Below, one piece after another: positions 29,417 through 38,400 of a DNA stretch of 59,698 bases. This DNA comes from Anaerolineales bacterium (GTDB lineage: Bacteria > Chloroflexota > Anaerolineae > Anaerolineales > Villigracilaceae). The stretch lies in NCBI GenBank assembly GCA_038250295.1, contig JBBSCM010000001.1:1-59698 (forward strand), given 5' to 3'. Below the pieces are notes generated by a model that saw only the letters and a program-made list of their open reading frames with translations, was not told the DNA's origin and did no database searches. The position numbers and the translations under genes are program-made. Each line of letters starts with the position of its first letter. Positions within the stretch are counted from its first letter, which is position 1.

Positions 29417-30216
29417 GGCGCAAAAGTGGGTATGGGGGTTGGTAAGACACTTTCATTGTTTATGAAACACAGAATTCCTTGCGTTACACCGTCTGCCACG
29501 CGTTCTGTCTGGTTGGTAAGGATGTCACGGTCAAGGTTTAGAAATCCCGTTTCAATGATGGCAGTGATCGTATTGGGATCGATTTCCGAGAAGGCGTGAT
29601 ACTCGGTCATATCCCTCGTAATACTGCTCGCGTGGAAAGTTAATCCTGTCAGGCGTCCGTATCGATCCACGAGGCAGGCGGTCAGGCGCTGCGCGCGGTT
29701 CACATCGCGTGTTTCAAGGGAAGAGGCTACCTTGAAGCCGGTGGCTTCTTCATTAACATATTCACACGAATCGTTGTGAATGGAAACCAGCGCCACGGCA
29801 CGGAAGCCGTTCAAGCGTGTGTCAAACTCGTTGAGCAGGTCCACTTGAAACCCCAGCGCAACCAGGCTTTTCTGCACCATTTCCGCGATCTCAAGATTCA
29901 CATCCGCTTCTGTTAAGTCTGCCTGCCCGTTTTCGTCATAGCAGACCGCGCCCGAATCATTGCCGCTATGTCCCGCGACAATGCCGATGCGCAGCTGCGG
30001 CTGGGGTGTGGTGACCAGCGTATTCGGTCCCGCTTGAGGCGTGAGGATCAAACGAAGTTTTTCCTGCAAGTTGCTTGCGAACAGGCTGTTGGGAGTCCAG
30101 GCGGTAAAGAGCGTCGCAAGCAGAACTGCAACTCCAAGCGTTGTGGTAAAGGCATTCGCGCTGTGCGGCTTTCGCGCGGATCGGGCAACAGGTTTATGTT
30201 GTTTTGTAGATTCCAT
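29413..30216 (-). CDS. N-acetylmuramoyl-L-alanine amidase (Amidase_3)
   Basis: AGH, EADVNL, VSIHND and IIETGFL motifs. Confidence 0.9.
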   Translation of the reverse strand: MESTKQHKPVARSARKPHSANAFTTTLGVAVLLATLFTAWTPNSLFASNLQEKLRLILTPQAGPNTLVTTPQPQLRIGIVAGHSGNDSGAVCYDENGQADLTEADVNLEIAEMVQKSLVALGFQVDLLNEFDTRLNGFRAVALVSIHNDSCEYVNEEATGFKVASSLETRDVNRAQRLTACLVDRYGRLTGLTFHASSITRDMTEYHAFSEIDPNTITAIIETGFLNLDRDILTNQTERVADGVTQGILCFINNESVLPTPIPTFAP

Positions 30217-30331
30217 GTTCTATATTCATAATATTACCTCAAAAAATGAAATTGAGACCCGACAGGTCTCAATTTGAAACAAATCAATTATGAACATGAG
30301 ACTCGGACCGCAAGGCTTACGTGGAGACATG

Positions 30332-31333
30332 TCAGGTCTTACATTCTCGTTGCGCTTCCCATTCACGAACACGCGCGAACAAATCGTGCAGCGGTATCAA
30401 CCCCGAAACAGGCACAGCCAGGTTTTTTGTTTTGGTGTGACTGTATTGAAACACGCGCGAATTTGGCGCGATCATTTTTGCCTTTTTACGAAATTCTCCA
30501 CGAGACATAAAGCCTGCCAGATAAATATCCATGCCATAGACCCAAATATTTCCCCATTCCAGCGGCGAGATAACATGCGCTTCTTTATAAGAGGAGCTAT
30601 GGATTCCCAAACGAGCCGAAGGCATATTTTTGATGTGGACAGCAGATACAGAATAGAATGGATCTTTGACCGTTACACGCGTGCCAGCTGGGAGATTAAC
30701 CAGCCGCGTCAGAAACCCTCGACCTTCATCCTGCCCGCTGACTTCGACCAGCAGTTTCTGCTCTGATTCAGATTTCAAGACCAGCGGCCCCAGCGGATTC
30801 CAATGAGACGGCTTGCGCCACTGATTTGGCATTACGTGGACCAGATAATGCGGCTGATTTGTTTCGATGACTCTCTTGAGATCAGTTTGTGACGCCGCAA
30901 TTAATCCCGATAGAAATACAAATAGATATAGGTCGTTATCAGAATATCCGTCCATGACATGCTGATCAGACGGCACAAGCGCGGGCGCGTTCAACAGCAC
31001 AGACGGATCATTCCGCATCTGTGAGATTTGACTGCGATGTGAAATGAGAAACGATTTGATATCACAACGACGCCCGCCCAAGGAGACATTGTATTTATCG
31101 GGGTCAGTAAATGGCGCTGCACTCATCACATCAAACGAAATATTCTGTTGGGAAAGATAACGGCGAAACGCCAACTCCACAGCCACCTCCGCAACCACAC
31201 GGCGGATTCGGTCATAGGGTTTACTTCCAATGCGGTCGAATGAATAAGGCAGCGAACGAAGCGCATACGCAATGCCACCTTCGTTCAGGTCAGGAGTGTA
31301 GGGGAGGTGGATGAGGTCGGAAGGAGTGAGCAT
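30332..31333 (-). CDS. Hypothetical protein, possible PD-(D/E)XK endonuclease
   Basis: ELAFRRYL...TDPDKY...CDIKS pattern; downstream of a DNA methyltransferase. Confidence 0.5.
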   Translation of the reverse strand: MLTPSDLIHLPYTPDLNEGGIAYALRSLPYSFDRIGSKPYDRIRRVVAEVAVELAFRRYLSQQNISFDVMSAAPFTDPDKYNVSLGGRRCDIKSFLISHRSQISQMRNDPSVLLNAPALVPSDQHVMDGYSDNDLYLFVFLSGLIAASQTDLKRVIETNQPHYLVHVMPNQWRKPSHWNPLGPLVLKSESEQKLLVEVSGQDEGRGFLTRLVNLPAGTRVTVKDPFYSVSAVHIKNMPSARLGIHSSSYKEAHVISPLEWGNIWVYGMDIYLAGFMSRGEFRKKAKMIAPNSRVFQYSHTKTKNLAVPVSGLIPLHDLFARVREWEAQRECKT

Positions 31334-31338
31334 AGGGG

Positions 31339-31528
31339 TCAGTTATCAGTGTTCAGTAATCAGTTGTCAGTTGGTGGTCGAGTAGCTTTTCGCGTTCGTC
31401 GAAAAGCATATCGAGACTACCAGTTAGAATCCAAGTTAAAGTTTTTATATGACCCGTTGGTCTCGATACGGCGGCGGGTTTCGATACGCACAGAACGCTA
31501 CTCAACCACCGCCGCCTACTCGACCAAC
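31339..31528. repeat. Heptamer tandem (tcagtNN x5) plus nested GGTCGAGTAG/CTCGATAC REP pair
   Basis: tcagtta tcagtgt tcagtaa tcagttg tcagttg; ggtcgagtag...atcgagact and ggtctcgatac...ctactcgacc with an internal copy. Confidence 0.8.
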
Positions 31529-31537
31529 AGATTGTTT

Positions 31538-32347
31538 TTATTCATTCCTAAACTGCAAACAATAATGATGAAACGTATTACTCACCCAGGCGCTGCCCAT
31601 TCCGTACGGAGCCAGAGACTGGTTATCCTGTAACCAGATCTTTTCATCTTTCAAAGTATAGGTTTTGCCGAGTTCGCGGGCGATGTCCCACGCCAGCGGA
31701 TAGATCCTGCCGCCTTTTTTTACATTCTTCACAATGATCGTGATATAGGCTTTTTCGCGGAGTAAAGGTTTTAATCCCTTATAAATATTGACCAGCTTTT
31801 CCGCGAACTCATCATAATCGTGGATATTGCCCATATCATTTGGGTCATCAGAATAGACCACGTCCAACTCCTCGTCATCGCGGCGTTTCTTTTGATTTTC
31901 TGCGCCTTTGGCGTGAAGCATGTCCCAGTAGGGAGGCGAGGTTAATACGTAATCTGTAATTGGTAATTTGTAATTGATGGCTTGTGAGGCGTCCCCATGG
32001 ATGATTTGAGATTTGAGATTGGAGATTGAATCTCCCAATACGTTTCGTTCTTCTTCGATGATTTGTTGTGCGATCTCCGCATATTTTTGATTTAACTCAA
32101 TGCCGTAGGAATTTCGTCCTGAGCGTAAAGCGGCGATGAGCGTGGAGCCTGTCCCTGCCATGGGGTCGAGCACGGTCTCGCCTTGTTTAGTGAAGAACTC
32201 AATGAATTCCTGCGCCATCGTTTCAGGATATTTGGCGGGATGCACAAGCGCATCTTTTTTGCGTTTTGGGGGATTGTGAATAAACCATGACTTTTGAAAC
32301 TTCAGCCAGGTCTTTGGGTCGAGGTCATTGAGTTTGTTCTTTGGCAT
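31538..32347 (-). CDS. N4-cytosine/N6-adenine DNA methyltransferase (N6_N4 family, permuted motif order)
   Basis: HPAKYP, VLDPMAGTGST (motif I), then TSPPYW (motif IV). Confidence 0.85.
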   Translation of the reverse strand: MPKNKLNDLDPKTWLKFQKSWFIHNPPKRKKDALVHPAKYPETMAQEFIEFFTKQGETVLDPMAGTGSTLIAALRSGRNSYGIELNQKYAEIAQQIIEEERNVLGDSISNLKSQIIHGDASQAINYKLPITDYVLTSPPYWDMLHAKGAENQKKRRDDEELDVVYSDDPNDMGNIHDYDEFAEKLVNIYKGLKPLLREKAYITIIVKNVKKGGRIYPLAWDIARELGKTYTLKDEKIWLQDNQSLAPYGMGSAWVSNTFHHYCLQFRNE

Positions 32348-32441
32348 GTGTTTTTACCACCAAGGGCACAAAGGAGCACGAAGGATTCTTTATTGAGCTA
32401 ATCGTAAATCAAAAACTTGTACTGAGCAAGCCAAATTTATT

Positions 32442-32537
32442 ATGTCGCTGCGAGGAGGGCTCTCGTTCTTCCTGCCGAAGCAGTCTCCTAATAGCGGGAG
32501 ATTGCTTCGGCGGAAGAACACCGCCTCGCAACGACAT
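32442..32537. repeat. GTCATTGCGAG-family repeat, variant copy
   Basis: atgtcgctgcgagg...gccgaagcagtctcc...ggagattgcttcggc...cctcgcaacgacat. Confidence 0.85.
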
Positions 32538-32545
32538 TATTAAAG

Positions 32546-33445
32546 CTAAGGTATCGGCGTACTTGTCGGTGAGATGTAATCTACTTCTTGAATAACCAGA
32601 TCGGAGAAAGATACGATTGCCGGGGTATCACTGGCCGAGTTGACGAAGACTCCAATGGTCCCGATGGGATAACTTTTATCGGTGATGCTGAATTGATAAC
32701 GTCCGTTTAGGAACAAGCGCATATCTGCGCCGACGGCCCATATCCCAATGCGGACTTCGCCCGGGGCTCCGGGAGGCACGTCACCGCTGGCGAGCGGCTT
32801 TACCATATTTAATTTTGTTCCATTGCTTAATCTGTCCAGGTGCGCTGTGCCGTTACAAGATAATGCAAAGCGATAATACGCGCCTCCATTTGCGCGGACT
32901 AATATCCCATAGCTGTCTTGGCCTCTACATAGGTTTGGACGGGCGGTGATCTCTGCATAATAATCACTGATGATCAGGTCATGCCGCAAGCTGGTCATAT
33001 AAACATCACTTTGTACGGCCAGCGTGAGTTGGTTGCTTTGAATGGCTGCGCTGGCCTGATCGGAAGCCGCAATGTCCCAGAGAGATGGGTCGGAGAAATC
33101 GTCGGTGAGCAGGATCGTGCTTAGGCCGGGACGCATCTCCGGGGTGGGGGCGTAGGTGGAAAATGCCTGAGGGCTGGGAGTTGCCGATGGTGGGAACCAG
33201 ACTATGGTCGCAGTGGGAAGCGGGGTCTCAGTCGAGAAAACGGGAATCGGCGTGGCGTTCAATAAATCTAGTGAGGTGCAGGATGTCAGTATTATCGTCA
33301 TTGCGAGGAGGGCGGCAGCCAGACGACACTTGCGCCGCACGCCAGTGCAGGTGAGCAATCCCCAACACGATGGGGAGATTGCTTCGTCGCTCATTTCATT
33401 CGCTCCTCGCAATGACGGGGTATGTATTTGATAATAAGATTTCAT
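32546..33445 (-). CDS. Lipoprotein with a beta-sandwich (DUF1080/LamG-like) domain; start uncertain (33445 or GTG at 33340)
   Basis: Lipobox LTSC, Pro/Thr linker, LLTDDFSD...YGILVR...LFLNG...GTIGVF. Confidence 0.7.
   Translation of the reverse strand: MKSYYQIHTPSLRGANEMSDEAISPSCWGLLTCTGVRRKCRLAAALLAMTIILTSCTSLDLLNATPIPVFSTETPLPTATIVWFPPSATPSPQAFSTYAPTPEMRPGLSTILLTDDFSDPSLWDIAASDQASAAIQSNQLTLAVQSDVYMTSLRHDLIISDYYAEITARPNLCRGQDSYGILVRANGGAYYRFALSCNGTAHLDRLSNGTKLNMVKPLASGDVPPGAPGEVRIGIWAVGADMRLFLNGRYQFSITDKSYPIGTIGVFVNSASDTPAIVSFSDLVIQEVDYISPTSTPIP
33296..33417. repeat. GTCATTGCGAG-family repeat lying in frame in the 5' end of the lipoprotein gene
   Basis: cgtcattgcgaggag...ctcctcgcaatgacg; closely related to the reverse complement of 15969-16090. 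Confidence 0.9.
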
Positions 33446-33497
33446 GGATTGTGTCGTAAAATAACGTGAACTTCATTCTAGCATATAAGGAGCGAAC

Positions 33498-34511
33498 ATG
33501 AGCGAGAAGCAAGTGCTTGTGACTGGGGCGTGCGGCGAGATCGGGCAGGCGTTGGTGCAGGGGCTGGCAAAGCGAGGCGGGTATCGAATCGTGACCGCGG
33601 ATTTTATGCCGCTGCCTGATTCAATAAAAGAACTTTCGGCGGAACATGTGCAGGGGGACCTGGTTTATAAGATCAAGACTTTTTATGATTATGATTTCGA
33701 TATTATCTTTCACCTCGCGGCCTCGCTTTCCTCAAAGGCTGAGGTGGCAACGGAGGAGGCGCATCGCATCAACGTGGAAGGCACGATGCAATTGTTGATG
33801 CTGGCGGCCTATCGTTCTGAAAAATATCACAAGGCTGTGAAATTTTTATTTCCAAGTTCCATTGCGGCATATGGAATGCCAGATATTGAAGCAAAGAAAA
33901 ATGCGGGTGTGGTCAAGGAAGATGACTGGAACACGCCGCACACCATGTACGGATGCAATAAATTGTATTGCGAAAAACTGGGGATGTATTACGGAAAATA
34001 TTTCGGCCAAAAACATTTGGATGCAAATCCGCCGGTCATGTTGGACTTTCGAGCGATCCGTTTTCCCGGGCTGATCAGCGCTTTTACATTGCCCAGCGGC
34101 GGGACGAGTGACTACGGCCCCGAGATGCTGCACGCGGCGGCGCAGGGCAAATCGTATTCATGTTTCGTGCGCGATGATACGAAAATATCCTTCATGGCCA
34201 TGCCCGATGCAATTAAGTCCTTATTGATGCTGATGGACGTGCCGCGCGAGAAACTGTCCAATAATGTGTATAACATCGCGGCCTTTGCACTGACAGCAGA
34301 AGAATTCCGTCAGCGCGCGTTGAAGGCTTTCCCGGATGCTAAGATAACTTTCGAGTCAAATCCACGCAGACAGGGCATCGTGGATTCATGGCCCGAAGAC
34401 GTGGACGATTCCCTCGCCCGCGCCGAATGGAACTGGAAACCAGAATACGATGTGGATCGCTTCTTCGATGATTATTTTCTGCCAGAGATTCGAAAGAGGT
34501 ATGGGAAGTAA
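33498..34511 (+). CDS. NAD-dependent epimerase/dehydratase, L-threonine 3-dehydrogenase-like SDR
   Basis: VTGACGEIG, PSSIAAYG, YGCNK, GGTSDY and RQGIVDSWP motifs. Confidence 0.85.
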   Translation: MSEKQVLVTGACGEIGQALVQGLAKRGGYRIVTADFMPLPDSIKELSAEHVQGDLVYKIKTFYDYDFDIIFHLAASLSSKAEVATEEAHRINVEGTMQLLMLAAYRSEKYHKAVKFLFPSSIAAYGMPDIEAKKNAGVVKEDDWNTPHTMYGCNKLYCEKLGMYYGKYFGQKHLDANPPVMLDFRAIRFPGLISAFTLPSGGTSDYGPEMLHAAAQGKSYSCFVRDDTKISFMAMPDAIKSLLMLMDVPREKLSNNVYNIAAFALTAEEFRQRALKAFPDAKITFESNPRRQGIVDSWPEDVDDSLARAEWNWKPEYDVDRFFDDYFLPEIRKRYGK

Positions 34512-34594
34512 GGACATAATCTATGAATAGGGCGTTATACAACCAACTTGCGATTGGCGATTGTCAACAAGTCGTGTTAATGAGGAATTGATAA

Positions 34595-35512
34595 ATGGCA
34601 AAAGGACACTATCTTAAAATTTTGGTGCTAGTCCTAATTTTTTTAAGTCTTGCATGTTCTCAGTTGTTGCCGAAATCTTCTCAAACATACCCAACAGGAA
34701 GAATAATTTATCAATCTGATCAGTTTGGGAACCTTGAACTTTTTTCAATTGAGATTCCTAGTAACAGAATATTGCGACTTACTAATAATTCAGCAAACGA
34801 TTTTTCCCCGACATATATTTCAGCCACAAACCAAATCGGTTTTATATCTGACCAAGAAAATGGCTGGAGTCTCTATACTGTGGACATGCTCGGTAATAAC
34901 ATTAGCAAGATACTAAATGAGAAAAATACAGCTGTTGATTACCCTGATTGGTCTCCAGATGGAAATTTTATTGTGGCTTCAGTAGTAGAAAATTGCAAAC
35001 TCCCAGCAATAAATTGTGTCTTTGATATCTACACAATAAATGCTGATGGAACAAATCTTAAAAATCTCACAAAAACATCAGCATCTGAGTGGGTTCCTAC
35101 CTGGTCTCCTGATGGTCAAAAAATCGCATTTGCATCTGACCGTGATAAGGACAGTGAGATTTATGTGATGGATAAAGATGGTTCCAGCCTTGAAAAACTC
35201 ACAGACAATACTGGATATGATGGCAGGCCACGTTGGTCACCAGACGGAGAAAAAATATCGTTCGAAACAGATCGCGATGGGGGTGATTGGGATATTTATG
35301 TTATGAATGTGGATGGAAGTAACCTCAGGCCAATAACCGCTAATACAACAAATGAATTTTCTCAATCATGGTCGCCCGATGGAAATTGGTTTGTTTATGT
35401 GTCAAACATTGATGGCGATAACGAAATATTTGTAATTGACATAAATGGTCAAAATCAATTTCGTTTAACAAATAACACCAACGATGATGTGTCTCCGATT
35501 TGGGTGCCTTAA
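34595..35512 (+). CDS. TolB-like PD40 beta-propeller lipoprotein
   Basis: Lipobox LAC; repeated WSPDG motifs; visibly AT-rich. Confidence 0.9.
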   Translation: MAKGHYLKILVLVLIFLSLACSQLLPKSSQTYPTGRIIYQSDQFGNLELFSIEIPSNRILRLTNNSANDFSPTYISATNQIGFISDQENGWSLYTVDMLGNNISKILNEKNTAVDYPDWSPDGNFIVASVVENCKLPAINCVFDIYTINADGTNLKNLTKTSASEWVPTWSPDGQKIAFASDRDKDSEIYVMDKDGSSLEKLTDNTGYDGRPRWSPDGEKISFETDRDGGDWDIYVMNVDGSNLRPITANTTNEFSQSWSPDGNWFVYVSNIDGDNEIFVIDINGQNQFRLTNNTNDDVSPIWVP

Positions 35513-36050
35513 TAATTTTCAAAAACGTCTTTTTGTTTTAATGATTTTACGATGATAGACTATTGCTAGAACTTTAATAGCACCACAACCACCGACCCTG
35601 ATGAGCAACAGTTGCCAAGGATTGAGAAATATTCTGAATGTTAGGCAATCCTGTTCTCGAAGCGAGTCCATGTCCGCGCTGGTGATGTCACCCACAGGAC
35701 GATGTCGCGATGCAAAGTGTTTGGTAATAAATATCATCTCTTTCCTGGCGAAAACAAAATGGGCGAAGAAATGAGGGGCGATCAAGTTGGCGGGTGGATA
35801 ACCTGACGATAGGACTAGAGTAAGTTCTGCCTATGCACAATTCTGTGAGATATGGGGTTACAGACTTGCATGATCATGGCCGAGAGAATATAAATATCAA
35901 AATCGCAAACCCGCGAACCCGCAAATTGAACTTTTTAAATTCGAGTTATATTACACTTGGGTAAAGCCTCATTTCCATAGAGTCGCCTCACCGTTATCGC
36001 CGCCGCCGAAATTTTTTTTTGGGCGGACGATCCGCCAAAGGAAAGGTAAT

Positions 36051-36302
36051 ATGAACGGATGCACATTTGGTTTTCATAAATGGGTTTATATCCGCGAGGG
36101 GAAGAGTCGTTGGTGCAAAAAATGTCAGAAGAAACAAGAGACGGATATTAAGGGGAAGTGGATCGAAAGCCGCCCGGCAAACCGCTCAGTGGACAGGACG
36201 AAATATTGTGAATGCCCGAGCGACTATACAATACAAATCAAATTGAAGGTGTGTCAACGCTGCGGGCTGCCGCGCAGACCGATCCCTTCGAAGCCCCGCT
36301 AA
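36051..36302 (+). CDS. 83-aa Cys-rich basic protein (putative zinc finger)
   Basis: AAGGAAAGG RBS; C..GFHKW, CKKC, CEC and CQRC motifs. Confidence 0.6.
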   Translation: MNGCTFGFHKWVYIREGKSRWCKKCQKKQETDIKGKWIESRPANRSVDRTKYCECPSDYTIQIKLKVCQRCGLPRRPIPSKPR

Positions 36303-36347
36303 ATTAAGTCTGGGAGAAATCACCCAACGTATTGAAGGAAATGAACC

Positions 36348-36937
36348 ATGAAGAAGAATGTCAGGTTATTTGAAATCAAACGGGTGTGTTTCATTTCAGT
36401 TGAAACCGTCCCGAAGGTTGGCACAAACGACCAAATTTTCTCGACAAAACCTTCGGGACGTTCTTTTTGTTAACTCATTTGAAACACACCCAAATCAAAC
36501 AGCTTACAAAAGAAGACTTGCCGCTGTTCAAGTCGCTCATCAACCTTTTCAATGCAGTATTTGAAGAAGAGCCTGCCATTGGAAATGACTCACACTTATT
36601 AAAATTACTTCATAACAATGGTTTTGTTGCGATCACGGCCATCTCTGAAAACGAAGTAGTTGGCGGATTAACTGCCTACGAACTTCCAATGGTTCATTCG
36701 GATCATTCCGAGATCTTTCTGTACGACATGGCGTTTCATGCTGAGTATCAACGAATGGGGATTGGAAAAAATTTGATCCAGGCTTTGAAAGAATATTGCA
36801 ATAAAAATGGGATCAAAGAATTCTTTGTAATGGCTCATGAAGAAGATGAACACGCCATCGAGTTTTATCGTCCCACAGGCGGGAAAAGCGAAAAAGTAGT
36901 AAATTTTCTCTATCAGACCGAAGAAAAGAAACCGTAA
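36348..36937 (+). pseudogene. AAC(3)-I-like GNAT acetyltransferase interrupted by a MITE
   Basis: VVGGLTAYELP, EIFLYD and YQRMGIG motifs; removing 36382-36500 restores MKKNVRLFEIKQLTKEDL in frame. Confidence 0.85.
36382..36491. mobile_element. 110-bp MITE with 9-bp target-site duplication
   Basis: TIR gggtgtgtttca/tgaaacacaccc; aaatcaaac at 36373-36381 and 36492-36500. Confidence 0.92.
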
Positions 36938-36941
36938 GTCC

Positions 36942-37961
36942 ATGCTTGAAAAACCCGACCTTCAAGACGAAAAGATAATCGCCTGCTTGCAGGATGAATT
37001 CAGTCTGCCTGTTTCCAAATTTGATTTTCTTCCGCTCGGGGCTGATCAGAATACAGCTGTCTATCGCGCTGTCACAGAAAATGGAACTTCTTATTTTGTG
37101 AAATTGCGAATGGGCAATTTTGAAGAAACCGCTCTGACATTGCCGAAATTCCTCTGTGAACAAAATATTCCGAACATCATTCCCCCGTTCGTTACCAAAA
37201 CAGATCGCCTATGGGCGAACCTCGAGACCTTTAAGATAATCCTTTATCCATTTATTGAAGGCCGCAATGGATTTGACATCGACATGTCCAACCGTCATTG
37301 GTTTGAGTTCGGCGCGGCTCTCAAAAGAATTCACACCGCTGAAATCCCATCATCGATAACAAACCAAATCCGAAAAGAAACCTACTCGCCGCAATGGCGC
37401 GAAATGGTAAAAGCATCCCTGAATTTTAGTGATAATGAATCTTTTATTGACTCCGTCGCTGTGGAATTGGCCGCATTTATGAAAACGAAGCGCAGCGAGA
37501 TATTTGATCTCCTCGAACGGACAGAACGGCTCGCGCTTAAGCTGCAAACTGATTCGCCGCCTTTTACAGTCTGCCACTCTGACCTCCACGCCGGCAACAT
37601 CTTGATCAATGGAGATGACAGGCTTTATATTGTCGATTGGGACAATCCCATCCTTGCCCCCAAAGAACGTGACTTGATGTACCCTGGTGGAGCGCAGGGA
37701 TTCACTGGTCATACTCCACAGGAGGAAGAGATATTATTCTATGAAGGCTACGGTCAAACACAGATTAATCAGTCTGCGCTCGCATATTATCGTTATGAGC
37801 GGATCATTGAAGATATTGCGGTCTACTGCGAACAGTTATTGTCAACAGATGAGGGCGGCGAAGACCGCAAAGAATCCCTTGGATATTTGAAATCGAATTT
37901 TATGCCTAACGGCACGATCCAGGTTGCTTATCAGGCAGATAAGACGGGATTATTCACCTAA
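36942..37961 (+). CDS. Aminoglycoside phosphotransferase, APH(9)/spectinomycin kinase-like
   Basis: LGAD, YFVKL, CHSDLHAGN and IVDWDNPILAPKERDLM motifs. Confidence 0.85.
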   Translation: MLEKPDLQDEKIIACLQDEFSLPVSKFDFLPLGADQNTAVYRAVTENGTSYFVKLRMGNFEETALTLPKFLCEQNIPNIIPPFVTKTDRLWANLETFKIILYPFIEGRNGFDIDMSNRHWFEFGAALKRIHTAEIPSSITNQIRKETYSPQWREMVKASLNFSDNESFIDSVAVELAAFMKTKRSEIFDLLERTERLALKLQTDSPPFTVCHSDLHAGNILINGDDRLYIVDWDNPILAPKERDLMYPGGAQGFTGHTPQEEEILFYEGYGQTQINQSALAYYRYERIIEDIAVYCEQLLSTDEGGEDRKESLGYLKSNFMPNGTIQVAYQADKTGLFT

Positions 37962-38013
37962 AATGATACACACGGAATAGCGACCAAGCGTTCTGTATAC
38001 TATAATCCCATTT

Positions 38014-38394
38014 ATGACGGTTGAAATGCACAACATCCAAACTTACGATGAATGTCTTGATGATGTTAAGAAGTACATCCACGAGCACATTAGCGAACCA
38101 CTCAATCGAGAAGTGCTGGCGGATGTGGCTGGTTTCTCCGTTCCCCATTTTCATCGCATTTTCACCAATCAAATTGGCGAGAATATTTCAACATATGTCC
38201 GCCGTGTGCGTCTGGAGCGTGCTGGCCGAAAGCTGCGCATGGGCGCAGTGAACATTACCGAAGTGGCACTCGCTGCAGGCTATGACACTCATGCCGCCTT
38301 CGGCAAGGCGTTCAAACAGCAGTATGGACTCAACCCCAGTGAGTTTCGTCAGCTCGATTGTTGGAAAGCCACCGAACTTTTGAGAAAAGGATAA
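38014..38394 (+). CDS. Short AraC-family regulator (HTH only)
   Basis: LADVAGFSVPHFHRIF and ALAAGY...FGKAFKQQYGLNPSEFR. Confidence 0.9.
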   Translation: MTVEMHNIQTYDECLDDVKKYIHEHISEPLNREVLADVAGFSVPHFHRIFTNQIGENISTYVRRVRLERAGRKLRMGAVNITEVALAAGYDTHAAFGKAFKQQYGLNPSEFRQLDCWKATELLRKG

Positions 38395-38400
38395 ATTCAC

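Noticed and set aside
35598-35655. Hammerhead ribozyme (CTGATGA followed by a gcaac/gttgc stem and an aggattg/caatcct stem)
   Set aside because: The required GAAA after stem II is CAAG and no stem I partner was found
35519-35785. 88-aa minus-strand ORF, or a plus-strand remnant (TTTDPDEQQL) of a solute-binding protein
   Set aside because: No RBS or motif; plus frames are broken by stops; too degraded to assign
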